NCBI GenBank assembly: GCA_951406725.2
Contig: OX597822.1
Span: 67,394,001 to 67,458,000 of the forward strand
Length of the DNA stretch: 64,000 nt
Direction of reading: 5' to 3'
Source: Octopus vulgaris
Taxonomy: Eukaryota
Position numbers and translations under genes: made by a program. The notes beneath the pieces are model-generated. The model worked only from the letters and a program-made list of their open reading frames with translations. It searched no databases and had not been told where the DNA came from. Shown piece after piece: positions 29,498 to 44,020 of this stretch. Each line of letters starts with the position of its first letter. Within the stretch, counting starts at the first letter, position 1.

Positions 29498-29830
29498 GTA
29501 AAGGCGTGTGACTAAGCGGTTAGCATATTCGGCTCACTGTCGTAAGGCCGTGAGTTCAATTCCCGGCGACTCGTTGTGTCCTTGAGCAAGACACTTTATT
29601 TTACATTGCTCCAGTCAACTCAGCTGGCAGAAATGAAATGTTCCAGTATTTGGAAGAGCAAGCATTTTCGCATTCTGTGTGTGTCACGTAGAACTTGCCT
29701 GAAAACTACGTACAGAATATACGATTTGGTGGGGTGCTCAACTACTTGCAGGTTAATTTCAGGAATAGGGTGCTTCTGTTGGTCAGACCAACTAGAACCC
29801 TTTACATTGTAACCGACGGAGTGTCAATAA
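29498..29830 (+). mobile_element. tRNA-derived SINE of the third family with a CORE-like central segment
   Basis: Box A-like gactaagcgg, box B gagttcaattcc, then gttgtgtccttgagcaagacacttta. Confidence 0.7.
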
Positions 29831-30221
29831 CGTATGTACTTATGTATACCTACGTTTTACTGATTTGCAAATAGTTCTGTTATATACACGAAAATTATTC
29901 ATACTATTTCACTGAGCACTTTCGGAAACTATATACGAAGAAATATTCACATTAGGCTTGTGCAATATTTATAGCTGTTTCAATTATGGTGCTTAGTTGC
30001 ACAGCAGTGAATACAACTGCACCGACCAACACTTGTCTTACACTATGGTATTGCATAGTTGTTTTGCATGGCTAAATTTATTGAAATTGTGTATTGTAAT
30101 ATGGCTGCTCATGACACTAGCTTCTTTTCTTTTTTTCGTGTTGCTGGTATTCATATATAAAAATAATATATTCAAGGTCACACTTATGTACACACGCACA
30201 AACACATACACACATATATGT

Positions 30222-30252
<31 letters not shown>

Positions 30253-30284
30253 CATATGTATATGCATATACATATATACATACA

Positions 30285-30316
<32 letters not shown>

Positions 30317-30372
30317 CGTACACATATATACACGCTCACACACACTTATGTAATATATATATACATACATAT

Positions 30373-30520
<148 letters not shown>

Positions 30521-30538
30521 TATATATACATAGATACA

Positions 30539-30950
30539 GGCGCAGGAGTGTCTGTGTGGTAAGTAGCTTGCTAACCAACCATATGGTTCCGGATTCAGTC
30601 CCACTGCGTGGCATCTTGGGCAAGTGTCTTCTGCTATAGCCCCGGAATGACCAATGCCTTGTGAGTGGATTTGGTAGACGGAAACTGAAAGAAGCCTGTC
30701 GTATATATGAATATATATGTGTGTGTGTGTGTGTTTGTGTGTCTGTGTTTGTCTCCCTAGCATTGCTTGACAACCGATGCTGGTGTGTTTACGTCCCCGT
30801 CACCTAGCGGTTCGGTAAAAGAGACCGATAGAATAAGTACCGGGCTTCCAAAGAATAAGTCCCGGGGTCGATTTGCTCGACTAAAGGCGGTGCTCCAGCA
30901 TGGCCGCACTCAAATGACTGAAACAAGTAAAAGAGTAAAAGAGTAAAGAG
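30539..30950 (+). mobile_element. SINE family A, full length, young
   Basis: ggcgcaggagtg... to (gtaaaaga)n tail. Confidence 0.95.
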
Positions 30951-31022
30951 TAATATTCATATATATATATATATATATACATGTATATATTCATATATGT
31001 ATATATATAAAACAGATATACA

Positions 31023-31062
<40 letters not shown>

Positions 31063-31196
31063 AATTTATACATATATTACTCTTTTACTCTTTTACTTGT
31101 TTCAGCCATCCCGCTGAGGCCATATGCATATATATAAATATTAATATATATATAATAATATATATACATTTATATATATACACATATATATACATG

Positions 31197-31228
<32 letters not shown>

Positions 31229-31459
31229 TGTTCAGACATTTGGTCATTTGATGGTCGTTTTTATTGCCATTGTGTTTGGTATTTCCCTTGATATTTTTCC
31301 GGCTTTTGCTTTTATACTGTTTATTGCATATCTTTGATTTTAATTCAGTTTTGCAAAATATTTCGATATAATACTGAGACACAACAATCAAAAACATTCA
31401 CGTGCGCGCACACAGATCGACACGGACATACACACAGGAGGAAACACATTTAAAGGTAT

Positions 31460-31668
31460 GTAACAAAGGTATGTAACATATGCATGCATATGCATACGTA
31501 TGTGTATGTACATGTATGTATGTATGTGTGTATATGTATATATGTTTATATATGTGAGTATGTAGTGATATAAGTATATGCATGTGTATGTATGGGTATG
31601 TGTATCAGTGTATATGTATATATGTATGTGTGTGTGTATGTATATGTATGTATATGTGTATATATGTA

Positions 31669-31703
<35 letters not shown>

Positions 31704-31766
31704 GTGTATATGTGTGTATGTATGTGTATGTGTATGTATGTGTATATATATCTATATATGTATATA

Positions 31767-31816
<50 letters not shown>

Positions 31817-32312
31817 TGCGTGTGTATATGTATGCATATATGTATGTATGCATGTATATGTGTATGTATATATATGTGTGTAAGTGTGTGCATATATGTA
31901 TTTGTAAGTATGTGTGCGCGTATGAGTATGTATGTATGCTTGCACACGTGTATATATATATGTGTGTGTGTGTGTATATATATGGATGCGCGTGCGTGTG
32001 TGCACGTGCATGGGTACGCATGTATATGTGTATGTGCGTGTATGCGTATACGTGTATGTATGTATGTGTGTGCGTAGATTTGTATATGTATGTGTGAGTG
32101 TGTATATATATATATATATATATATACATATATATAGATGGGTGTGTGTATGCGTATAAATGCATGTAAGTATGGATGTATGGATGTATGTATGTATGTA
32201 TACGTATGTATGTGTGTATGTGTGTATGTATATATATATGTGTGTATATATGTTTGTGTATGTATATATATGTGTATGTATGTGTGTGTATATGTATGTG
32301 TGTAGGTGTATG

Positions 32313-32374
<62 letters not shown>

Positions 32375-32823
32375 TATGTATCTGTATGTAGGAGTATATA
32401 TGTGTGTGTGTGTGTATGTATATGCGGGTATATATATATATATATGTATATTTATTGGTGTATATGTATAGACTAGCCTCCTAAAGTGTAGACACGAATC
32501 TGTAGGTACAAGTACGTATGTGTATATACGTATGTAGATGTTTGTATGTATGAATATAACGCGTGCGTACGTGTATGTGTATGAGTGTACGAATGGGTGA
32601 ATGTACGTGCTAATGAGTGTGCGTGCGGGAATGAGTACTTGCCTTCTAGTAGACAGACAAATGGACATGCAGCCATTGCCAGGATTCTTAGCCCTAGCGA
32701 TCAAAGATAACAAAAGTAATAAATGAAGATAATAAAATTAAAATTAGGGAATGGGCCTGTATTGGATTGTATATATATATATGTATATGTATATTTGTAT
32801 GTATGTATGTGTGTATGTGTAGG

Positions 32824-32868
<45 letters not shown>

Positions 32869-32930
32869 ATATATATGTGTATGTATGTATGTGTGTGTAG
32901 ATACGTATACATGTGTGTATAGGTATAAGT
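31460..32930. repeat. Long degenerate alternating purine-pyrimidine (TG/TA) tract
   Basis: Directly visible. Confidence 0.9.
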
Positions 32931-33199
32931 GAGAATCTCCTTATTTACCTATAACTCTATCCCCCCTTTTTTTATATATATATTTTTTATATATATTTTT
33001 TTTTTTTATTTATATATTATTTTATATTTTTTATTTTTTTATTTTTTTATTTATCTATTCTTTCATCTAACTTACCACTGACTCCTTGACCACTCCCCCA
33101 AGTATGATATTTTGCGCTATGCCTACCCCCAAAAGTCCCCCACCACCACTCCTTTAAACCTGCCTAAATGTATAAATGCTAATACAATTCTTGTTAAAT

Positions 33200-33250
33200 A
33201 GCTTCCTGAAGATTTCTCTTGAATGAAACAGTACTAGTCCTGTAGAAGCT
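33200..33250 (+). ncRNA. Type I hammerhead ribozyme fold
   Basis: agcttc CTGAAGA t-ttc-tctt-gaa-t GAA acag-tactagtc-ctgt A gaagct; stem I 6 bp, stem III 4 bp, GUA site, U-U mismatch at the base of stem II. Confidence 0.75.
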
Positions 33251-33333
33251 CCTTCTATATAATAAATTAATTTTACTCTGCTATGTATTGAGTACCTTAC
33301 TTACTGTGGTTAACCCCGAATCAACCCGGGACC

Positions 33334-33371
<38 letters not shown>

Positions 33372-33460
33372 CATTTATTTACATTTATTTACATTTATTT
33401 ACATACATTCATTTCTGTATGATATTCAGTGTATGAATGTACGAGTGTGCTTCTGCGTGC

Positions 33461-33524
<64 letters not shown>

Positions 33525-33758
33525 CTGCCAGAGTTATTGGTTATCTTTAGTGCACTTGCACCGTAACAATTCGTACTAATAATGGTTTTCAATTTTGACA
33601 CTTGGCCAAACAGCTAATACTAATAAAGGTACAGACACCGTAATGACTATTGACTAATAAGGCTGAGTTCCTTTTTGCCACACCCTCTTTTCCATCGCAT
33701 TACAAGTGACACTTGAAATAACTATACAAATTGGAAAAGATGGATAAATAAAGATATA

Positions 33759-34275
33759 TTGGATTGTCCGGAAAGTTTGTGCCGGTTTATAGTAGCTTAC
33801 ATTTCCACTTATTTTAGAACATGTTTGAGTCCCTGAGATAGGTTTTGACTACACCTCCATTTAGAGCACAGTTTCAGCTATCTTTTCGTGGAATAAGGTT
33901 TATGTTCCTATAACCTGTGTTAATTCTGTAACCCTTTAAAATGGAAGATAAGAAAGTTCATTTTCGGCTCTTGATGCTTTGGGAACTAGACAAAAATTGC
34001 TGAGATGTGTTACCCCACCCTCCATATTCACCAGATATTGCTCCTTCGGATTTCCACTTATTCAGGTCTCTGGAGAATAGACTTAATGGTAAAAATTTCA
34101 ATTCTTTGGATGAATTCTTTGCCATGGGAAGCCGGTATTTTCAAGTTAAAAAAAAGATGGAAACGCATTGTGCAACAAAATGGTTCATATTTGGTTGGTT
34201 AAAAATGTAATTGCAAGTATTTATTGACCTTTTTCTTTCTTTTAAAAATCGGCACGAACTTTCCGGACAAACGAA
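33759..34275 (+). mobile_element. Mariner internal deletion derivative
   Basis: TIRs ttggattgtccggaaagtttgtgccggttt / aaatcggcacgaactttccggacaaacgaa, TA flanks; MEDKKVHFR N-terminus and HPPYSPDIAPSDFHLFRSL motif. Confidence 0.93.
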
Positions 34276-34479
34276 TATATATATATACGTGTATATGTAA
34301 TGATATGTTGATTAATCAACTAGCCACTACTCACTTGTGTATTTGATAGTTCGAAGTAATGTAGGACATTATGCAATGCCATTAATTCTATTACGCTCAA
34401 GTCCGAATAAAGAATTCTAATGAAACAATTGTGTCAATACCAGGTAATCCATTCTTATTTTTTTTATTATTGTCTTTAT

Positions 34480-34527
<48 letters not shown>

Positions 34528-34571
34528 GTGGTTTGTGTGTGTGTGTGTTCACGCGCGTGTAGGCGTGTATG

Positions 34572-34641
<70 letters not shown>

Positions 34642-34651
34642 TATATATACA

Positions 34652-34888
34652 TATACATATGCGAGGGATGACCACTATGTGAACCACCCTTATGCTAGAA
34701 GTAGATCCGGTATAGTCTTACAACTAAGAAATGTTCTGAAGAAAAATTAACCAAACACCAGAACGTAAGCGTTGCTAAATGCGGTTTGCTAAATTTTCTT
34801 GAGAACATTTCTTAGTGGTAAGACCATGGCGGATCTACTTCTAGCATAAAGGTGGTCCGCATAGTGGTCATCCCTCTCATATGTATAT
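34652..34888. repeat. Fold-back element with arms of about 105 bp and a degenerate hammerhead at the centre
   Basis: gagggatgaccactatg...tatgctagaagtagatccg mirrored by cggatctacttctagcata...catagtggtcatccctc. Confidence 0.85.
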
Positions 34889-34989
34889 AGTAAAATTTAC
34901 TGAACTTTTAGATTTTAATATGCTAGACCACTGGTGTTAAATTGATATTAATTAAATTAATATCCAATTTCTCACCCTCATTTGAAATT

Positions 34990-35036
<47 letters not shown>

Positions 35037-35473
35037 GGAGAAGGGGATGGGAGGGATGGGGAGAGAGGGGGAGGGAAGGAAAGAGAGAGAGAAAGAAAGA
35101 GAGTGCACTATAAGTATGGCCCTTCTACTAGTCCCGGCTGGAGGGCCTTTGATGATTGATACATATTCTCAAGTAAATTTTTGTTACGAATTAAACACGA
35201 TCATCAATGCCACCGTCATCTTCACCATCTTCGTCCTCCTCCTCACCATCATCATCATCGTCATCGTCATCAACATCGTTGTCATTGCTTTGTTATCGCC
35301 GGCATTGTCGCAACAAACCCCGTGGAACTGTGACGGTTTGTATTGTGAAGATAACAACAATCGTGATGCAACGAATTGAATTACATAAAAGATTTCAAAA
35401 AATAACCATGAAATATTTCTTTACCTCCACATAGCTTTCTCTGACTATTCGTGTCCCTCTGTCTTTCCCTACC

Positions 35474-35544
<71 letters not shown>

Positions 35545-35686
35545 ATCTAGTTTTATCTATCTCTGTCTCTTTGTCTAATTATCTCAATCTCTGTCGTCCT
35601 ATGTCTTTATTTAGAAAGTTAGGGAAGGAAAGCTGAACAGAGATATACACATACATATGTACATACAATATATTTATGTGCATATG

Positions 35687-35749
<63 letters not shown>

Positions 35750-35786
35750 ATGTGTGTGCATGCTTACACGCACATATTAATATGTG

Positions 35787-35844
35787 TTTATGTATGTGAA
35801 TAAATGCACGTATACATATATATACAACGATGGATTTCTGAATG

Positions 35845-35898
<54 letters not shown>

Positions 35899-35961
35899 TA
35901 AAACCATTCAGAAATCCATCGTTGTATATATATGTATACGTGCATTTATTCACATACATAA

Positions 35962-35962
<1 letters not shown>
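35787..35962. repeat. Perfect inverted repeat (about 63-bp arms) centred on (TA)n
   Basis: tttatgtatgtgaataaatgcacg...caacgatggatttctgaatggtttt is mirrored exactly. Confidence 0.9.
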
Positions 35963-35992
<30 letters not shown>

Positions 35993-36603
35993 ACATTTAC
36001 ATACGTACATACACATATACATATTTGTATTCATAGTTCTACTCATTTTTATTTTTGTCTTATCATCTTTGAAAATAACCCTGTTTTTCTCTTTCTCAAT
36101 TCGTTCCATTGCGCCTCCCTATCTTCTGTTTAACCACCATCGTCGCACCTATACACTTAACAGTTCCTCTTGTTTTCTTAGTGATAACGTTGGATGATGA
36201 ATGACGAAGGCTCTGTAACAGGAAATCAATCCAGTTTTAATCTCAATTGAATAATGTTGACACCAGCTGTCATCTATTAAACAATAAATTTTATACACTC
36301 CAGAAAAAAAATGATAACCAAACTAACACATCCTTCAAGCAATTCGCACACTCACCCATATACACACACACGCACACAAACACAACAACAACAACACACA
36401 CACACATATATATGTACATATATATATACATGTGTACATATAAATAAACATATATATACACACACATGCACACACACATGCACACACACACATACATATA
36501 TATACATACACACATGTATATATATACATATATATATATACATATATATACACACATGCACACACACACACATATATATATACATATATACATACATATG
36601 TAC

Positions 36604-36634
<31 letters not shown>

Positions 36635-36666
36635 CATGTGTAAAAATGTATATGTGTACAAACACA

Positions 36667-36733
<67 letters not shown>

Positions 36734-37975
36734 GCATGTGTGCGCGGTGTGTAAGTGTGTGTAAGGACAAATATATACTGTTTCTTCTTAGCGTTTCTAT
36801 TACTTATTGTGCTTGTCTTAACACAACACTCATCAAACATCTCTATTCGATAATAGGTTTTCCATCCAAACACACATGACAATTCACTTTGACAGCCTCT
36901 TTGTTGGGCATAACATTTTTAGTTTGAAATATTAAGTTAGAGGTTTCACAATCATTTAGAAAATATCTTTGTTTGTTTCTTGTCACTTTGATTTTGGAAA
37001 TTGTTTTGTCAATCCTATAGGTGCAAGAATAATTTGTATGATTCATTAGTAGTTTTGAACCTATTTTGTTCTTATATATATATATATATATATATGTAAT
37101 ATTCATTTTCTGATTTGTTGTTGCTGTTTGGTAAACGGAATTCCTTTAATGGATATAATGGAGTCTAGCACATGATAGGAACTTTTATTATCCACTATGG
37201 ATACGGTAGAAATATTTATGTACTCAGTGCCCTTTGATATCTAGCTATGCTCAACACTATCAACCAGTGGTTATACGTACCAGGACGAGCGAACGCAATA
37301 TTGACTCATATAAAGGCTACTTTTTCTATTAGAATTGGTTTCGTATTGATGAGGCTTCAGGTGGGGATGGGGTGGAAATATTAATATATTTCACTGCTAC
37401 TTTATTTTATTGACTCTGAAACTTGACCCTGATGGATGCTGAAGTCAGAAAATAAAAGGTTAAAATCTAAATAACTAAGTAATTTGGTTCGATGCTCAAA
37501 AGAATTTGAAAAAGCCGCAAAATTTGGTGAAAATAGAAACAATGAAAAAAGTGATGTTTGTGGCCTAGTGGTTAGGATGTGGACCCGTGACCACAAGATG
37601 GGGGTTCGTTTCCAAAACTGATGTTTCTTTTGGAAATGTACTTCTCGTGCTGGCACCGCTTATTTACCAGCTGTCACATTCTTGATTGGTCGTTGGGTAA
37701 GGATCCACAAACTTAACGAATGTCTATGCCCACTGAGGGTTACATAGACACCTTCAACAATTAACAAAAGCCATTGTACGTTCTATAAAGTCTTATTCGA
37801 GACTTACGTGTGACAGGTGTCATATGTGCATTAATATATAAATACACCTGATGGCTTTGTAACATTATATAGGGTGTTCCAAAAGGCTCTCCGCAGTGAA
37901 TTTTTTCATCTTGCGCATCAACATGGCGCCTCAATTTATATATATATATGCATGTATATCTATTTATCTATCAAC

Positions 37976-38025
<50 letters not shown>

Positions 38026-39278
38026 TGAGAGAGAGAGAGAGATAAAGAGAGAAAGAGAGAAAGAGAGAGAAAGAGAATTTATTCTATTTGCATAAAAGTC
38101 ATAGACCAAAGATTCACTTCGGTTCAGAGTGGTACGAGAACATGATATTGATAAGCCTCGATAATTGCAAAATATCGATATCTCGGTCATTCGCAACTGG
38201 TCTGGGCCTTCAGTGTCCTTTAAAATACGGCTTTGAGTAGGGAGTTTTCCCTGGGCGCAATCTCGCAGCAAATGGATGTATAATTAAGGTGACGTTAGCC
38301 TTCGAATATTTAAGCTCTGTTACGATGACACATAGCTGTACTGGTAAGAGGGAACTAACGGACGGCTTCTCAGCTGATTGTCCAGCAATCTATACAGTTC
38401 ACGGTGAATTGGGATCGCTTAAGTTGAACGAATACAGCACGAAGAATGTTTTCATTTATAATCGTCTAATTCATTATCGAAGTTTTGTGTAACCTAATCC
38501 TTAACCATCAAACGTTAGTAGATATTAAGCAGTAGCATATACCATGCTTTTCCCGCTCTCGGCTTCCTGCTCTTACTCGACAGAATGACGAAGCTGTGGT
38601 AATTAGATGAAGAAAAGACTGCACCGAATTTGAAGTTCATGCTCAATTTCAGTTGAGTTACACTTGGGCAACTTGTAAAATACTTCATTTAAGGCCAAAA
38701 TATATCACCCAGTCTCAGAATCGAACCTACAAACTTATGACCATGAAGCCAGTATCTTAACGAACGCTTTCATATGAAGGTTATGCTTCATTTGGTTTAG
38801 TCTAATTGTTGGCGGTTCAACAATAATAAAACTCAGTTGAATGGCTTTTGAAACTGTACAAATGATAAATTGGTTTTGAATGAATTCACTGTAACATATT
38901 CGTGAAATAACATACGTTATTAAGTGTTCTGGAAAGGCGAATTCCGACATCAGTGCAGAGGCGTGTAAAATATGCTCATATAAGCATACATATACATACA
39001 TATACGTACATATACGCGTATATGTTCGCGTGTGTGGAAGAGTTGCTGCAGTAGTATGTTAGAATTACAATCGAAACCCTGAACTTCTGCCGCATTCCGA
39101 ATAATAGAAATTTGCTTGCACTTCGCCTTCACCTTCCCTTTAAACAGCTTTTAAACTTTAGTATTTCATTCATTGCGAATAAGTGATGTCAATATATACG
39201 ACCAATAGCACTAATAACAGAACATTCACAGCTGTAAAAACTCATACACATATTCACATAGCCCTTCATTTAATGTAC

Positions 39279-39324
<46 letters not shown>

Positions 39325-39352
39325 AAAATCATTATAATTATAAACTCTTATT

Positions 39353-39541
39353 ATAAATATAATTAGAGTTTAGCAAAATTGTTTCCCCACATACCGAAAT
39401 TTAGAAATAGCAGCTACTACCAAAGATATCTCCCAGACATCAATACTCTCAACTCTTGAGAGTAGTAGAATAGTATTCAGCTACTATTTCTAAATTTCGG
39501 TATGTGGTGAAGCAATTTTGCTAAACCCTAATTATAATTAT
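39353..39541. repeat. Fold-back element with arms of about 62 bp
   Basis: gtttagcaaaattg...cacataccgaaatttagaaatag mirrored by ctatttctaaatttcggtatgtg...caattttgctaaac. Confidence 0.85.
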
Positions 39542-39561
39542 GTTTATAATTTTTAAAAAAT

Positions 39562-39872
39562 TTGTAAGTCTAGTACTTATTCTATCGGTCTCTTTTGCCG
39601 AAACGCTAAGTTATGGGGACGTAAACACACAAGCATCGGTTGTCAAGCGATGCTGGTGGGGACAAAGACAGAGACACAAACGTATACAAACCCATGCATA
39701 TATATACATATATACTACGGGCTTCTTTCAGTTTCCAACTACCAAATCCACTCACAAGGATTTCGTCGGCCCGAGGCTATAGAAGAAAACACTTGCCCAA
39801 GTTGCCACGCAGTAGGACTGAACCCGGAACCATGTTGTTCGTAAGCAAGCTACTTACCACACAGCCACTCAT
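39562..39872 (-). mobile_element. SINE family A lacking its tail
   Basis: Matches other copies. Confidence 0.88.
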
Positions 39873-40298
39873 ACGCTTGTATAAATAGTTTAATTAATAT
39901 GCAATTAATTAGCAATAAATTGATAAATTATACCGGAAAATGACAAACCACAGTGACTGGCTTGTTTACGAATTCGAACTGGCCACTGATATATTCGAAC
40001 TGGAAATACCGTTGCAGCGAGGGAACGATTTCTGGTGTTCCAATGAGCAATCAGTTTAAAGCAACAGAAGCAACACTAGATTAAAATGGCTTCCATTTTT
40101 CGAAATATACACGGATGGTATTTAGAGCAGTGTGAAACACATGTGAAGGCGCGTGGCTCAGTGATGGCGGAAATTATAGTTCAGACTATCTGTCTTAGCA
40201 AACAGGGAAGAGAGGAAATATACTTGACAGAAACTCTGGGATACTGATTAGCTCCTGAAGTATTGTCAGTTAATAATTATGTGCGTTCATGTATGTAT

Positions 40299-40428
<130 letters not shown>

Positions 40429-40484
40429 CGTGTGTACATGTGTTTATGTGTTTGTGTGTACGTGTGTGTTGTGTGTATGTGCTA

Positions 40485-40895
40485 TTACTCTTTACTCCTT
40501 TACTTGTTTCAGTCATTTGACTATGGCCATGCTGAAGCACCGCCTCTTGTCGAGCAAATCGACCCCAGGACTTATTCTTTGTAAGCCTAGTACTTATTCT
40601 ATCGGACACTTTTGCCGAACCGCTATGTTACGGGGACGTAAACACACCAACATCGGTTGTCAAGCGATGTTGGGGAGACAAACACACACACACAAACATA
40701 TACATATATATATATATATATATATATCCATATATACGATGGGCTTCTTTCAGTTTCCGTCTACCAAATCCACTCACAAGACTTTGGTCGGCCCTGAGGC
40801 TATAGTAGAAGACACTTGCCCAAGGTGCCACGCAGTGGGACTGAACCCGGAACCATGTGGCTGGTAAACAAGATACTTACCACACAGCCACTCCT
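40485..40895 (-). mobile_element. SINE family A, full length
   Basis: Matches other copies. Confidence 0.93.
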
Positions 40896-41752
40896 ACGTC
40901 TATTATTCAGTTTATTTCAAGATTTCTTGATAGAAGAGAAATAGCCGGTTTTTAACCTAGACCCAAGGCTCCTTCATTGGAATATCAATAGCATCAACAG
41001 GATAATTTTGTATGTATGTATGTATGTATGTGTGTATGTATGTATAGGTAGATGAATAGGTGTGTATGGTGCCGAACAAAGAACAAAATATCAGCAAGAT
41101 GGCATAAGACCACAGCTAAAAAGATTACAGTGAGACAGACAGACAGACAGACTGTCAGAGAGTGATTGAGTGAGTGAGAGAGAGAGAGGGGGAAAGAGAG
41201 GGGAGAGGGAGAAGAAGAGAGAGAGAGAAACATATAAATTATTTATGAGCAAATACAATTATATATACCAATTCGGAATTAAAATATAATTTAAATATAA
41301 TTGTAGCAGACAAACAATTATGTGACTATAATTCGGCGTCACATGTCCAAGTCACATGACGTAATAATCTTATTGATGAATTCTCCTTATATAATTGGCT
41401 TATATTACTCCGTTGCTGAACGCACTAAACTAAATTATCGAGTTATAAAATCTAGTAAATGAAAATGACTATCGAAGTGGCGTCGCTTAGATTGGCTAGA
41501 GTCCTTTATCAGGTCAATAGACTTTAAATTATTCTCAGAGCTGCGTTTCCATTCAAATTCTTACGTCTTATAAATATATGGTGTCAGTAAGATGTGATGT
41601 ATAACTTCGGGTTACTTAAAGGTTGTCACCTTTTAGATGAATTCTTTTAAGTGTTTCTTACTTATATCAAAGGAATCACAGAAAATAGAAACTATACTAA
41701 CTTTTCCCCAAATGCAACTTATGCGTGAACATATATATATATATATATATAT

Positions 41753-41801
<49 letters not shown>

Positions 41802-41920
41802 GAGATAGATAAATATGCATGCATACATATATACATGTATATACAAAGTGTATATATATATAGAGAGAGTGATAGATAGAGTGTGAATGAGAGATACATG
41901 CATACATACATGTATATATA

Positions 41921-41951
<31 letters not shown>

Positions 41952-42114
41952 AGTATTCATTTGTATGTATATATGCATGCATATATATATATAAATACAT
42001 ATCTATACAAACACGCACATGTGTATGAGTGTGTATGGTGGGTGTCTCTAAGTATATGTATATTTTTATAATATATATATATATATATATATATCTGTGT
42101 GTGTGTGTGTGTGT

Positions 42115-42171
<57 letters not shown>

Positions 42172-42322
42172 AAGGTATGTTTAATCCCAGATTAGAACCC
42201 TCATATTTTCTAAGCTTTTGATATTTAAAAAACCATAAATGTCAGAAGTCAAATATTTTCCTCTTGAATACTATAAACTTAACAACACACACACACATAT
42301 ATATAGATATATATACACACAC

Positions 42323-42451
<129 letters not shown>

Positions 42452-43258
42452 TAGTTATATATATATATGTATATATGTAAAGAGAGAGATAGGTATATAT
42501 ATCCATGTATATATAAGTCTATATGCATGTGGGTACATATATGTTTTGTGAGTGTGTGTGTGTGTATACGAGTGAATGCTTGCGAGAGTGAGTTCACGTA
42601 AGTGTTGTGCGTATACACTGAGTTAAACGCACGTATTAGTTCCCATAAGAAAGGCATGAATGTACACTTCCTGTTTTGCCAAGCCTTAAAATAGAAGGAT
42701 TTGTTTTTGCCTGGTTACAAACAAATATTTGAAACGTGTGGAATGGTAAATCTGAAATAGAATGTGACCTTTTATACATGTCTCTGAATGCCTGTTTCGT
42801 ATCTCAGATTATTCTTGGAATGAGGAATCCTTGTGTGTGTGTGAGTGTGTGTGTGTAGGTGCGTTCCGATTTCCGATTAGAAGATTTATATATATTCTTA
42901 AGAATCTAACCCGAGAATTTAGAGGTTATTGCCTTATACGACTTGCGTCCCGAGTTCGTGTCCTGCTATCGTCAATTTTTCATCCGTGTTTAAAATACAT
43001 TCGATAAACGTTTATCCGATGTTCTGTAGTCCGGAAATATTTTGAACGAGGGGAGTAAACAAGCGGAAAAATTCTGGAAGCAAGCGCTTAGAAGGTTCCT
43101 CGGAAATGCACAGATGTTGGATCCACGCGTTTAGCCGCCATCTGTTGAAAATAACGTCACGCAAATAGTTGCAAATGGTGGATTGTTTCATTGAAAATAA
43201 AGGTTCCCAAAATGAATCTTACACTAAACTAAACTTATGTCTAATATATTTATATATA

Positions 43259-43460
43259 GGCGCAGACGTGGTTGTGTGGCAGGAAGCTATAGGCTTAAGG
43301 GAGGCTATGTGTTAAGGAGCTAGCTTCCCCAATTACATGACTCTGGATTCAGTCCCACTGCATGGCAACATCGGCAAGCGTCCTCCACTATAGCCTCGAG
43401 CTGACCAAAGCCTTGAGAGTTGATTTGCTAGACGCAAACTGAAAAAATCCCGCCCTATAC
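43259..43460 (+). mobile_element. SINE family A 5' half, diverged
   Basis: ggcgcagacgtggttgtgtgg...ggattcagtcccactgc...gaccaaagccttg. Confidence 0.75.
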
Positions 43461-43482
43461 ACACGTATATATACACACACAC

Positions 43483-43516
<34 letters not shown>

Positions 43517-43790
43517 ATATATATATGACTGTGACTTGAAACTTTGAAGAAGTTAGCAGCCATGAAACGATCGTAGTGTGATATTAATTATATTTTTTTT
43601 AATAATTTTGTTATATATTTAAATAATATAAATTAAATAATCTTATGTATTGGCTTAAGTTTTTCATTGTTTGATTTGGCTAATAGTGGTTTTGTCTCTA
43701 ATTTAATATAATATTTTACTATAAAATTGGATTCAATCCTAAATCTGATTTTTCCCTGTAAGTTTGGATTTATTCCCTAATATTTATTAT

Positions 43791-43858
<68 letters not shown>

Positions 43859-43926
43859 AGAGAAGAAAAGGAAAATGGAGATTGAGAAGCTAATTATTGT
43901 TTATCATTAACAACAAATTAATCATA

Positions 43927-44020
43927 TTCACTTACAGCTGTTTCAATTAACACTCAATAAACATTAAGTAAATATTAAATTTATATTTATATGACCTGAG
44001 CATACTATCTTCAGAGAGAA
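43927..44020 (-). ncRNA. Type I hammerhead ribozyme fold with extended stem II
   Basis: Reverse complement: ttctct CTGAAGA tagtatgctca...tgagtgttaatt GAA acagctgt A agtgaa. Confidence 0.65.
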
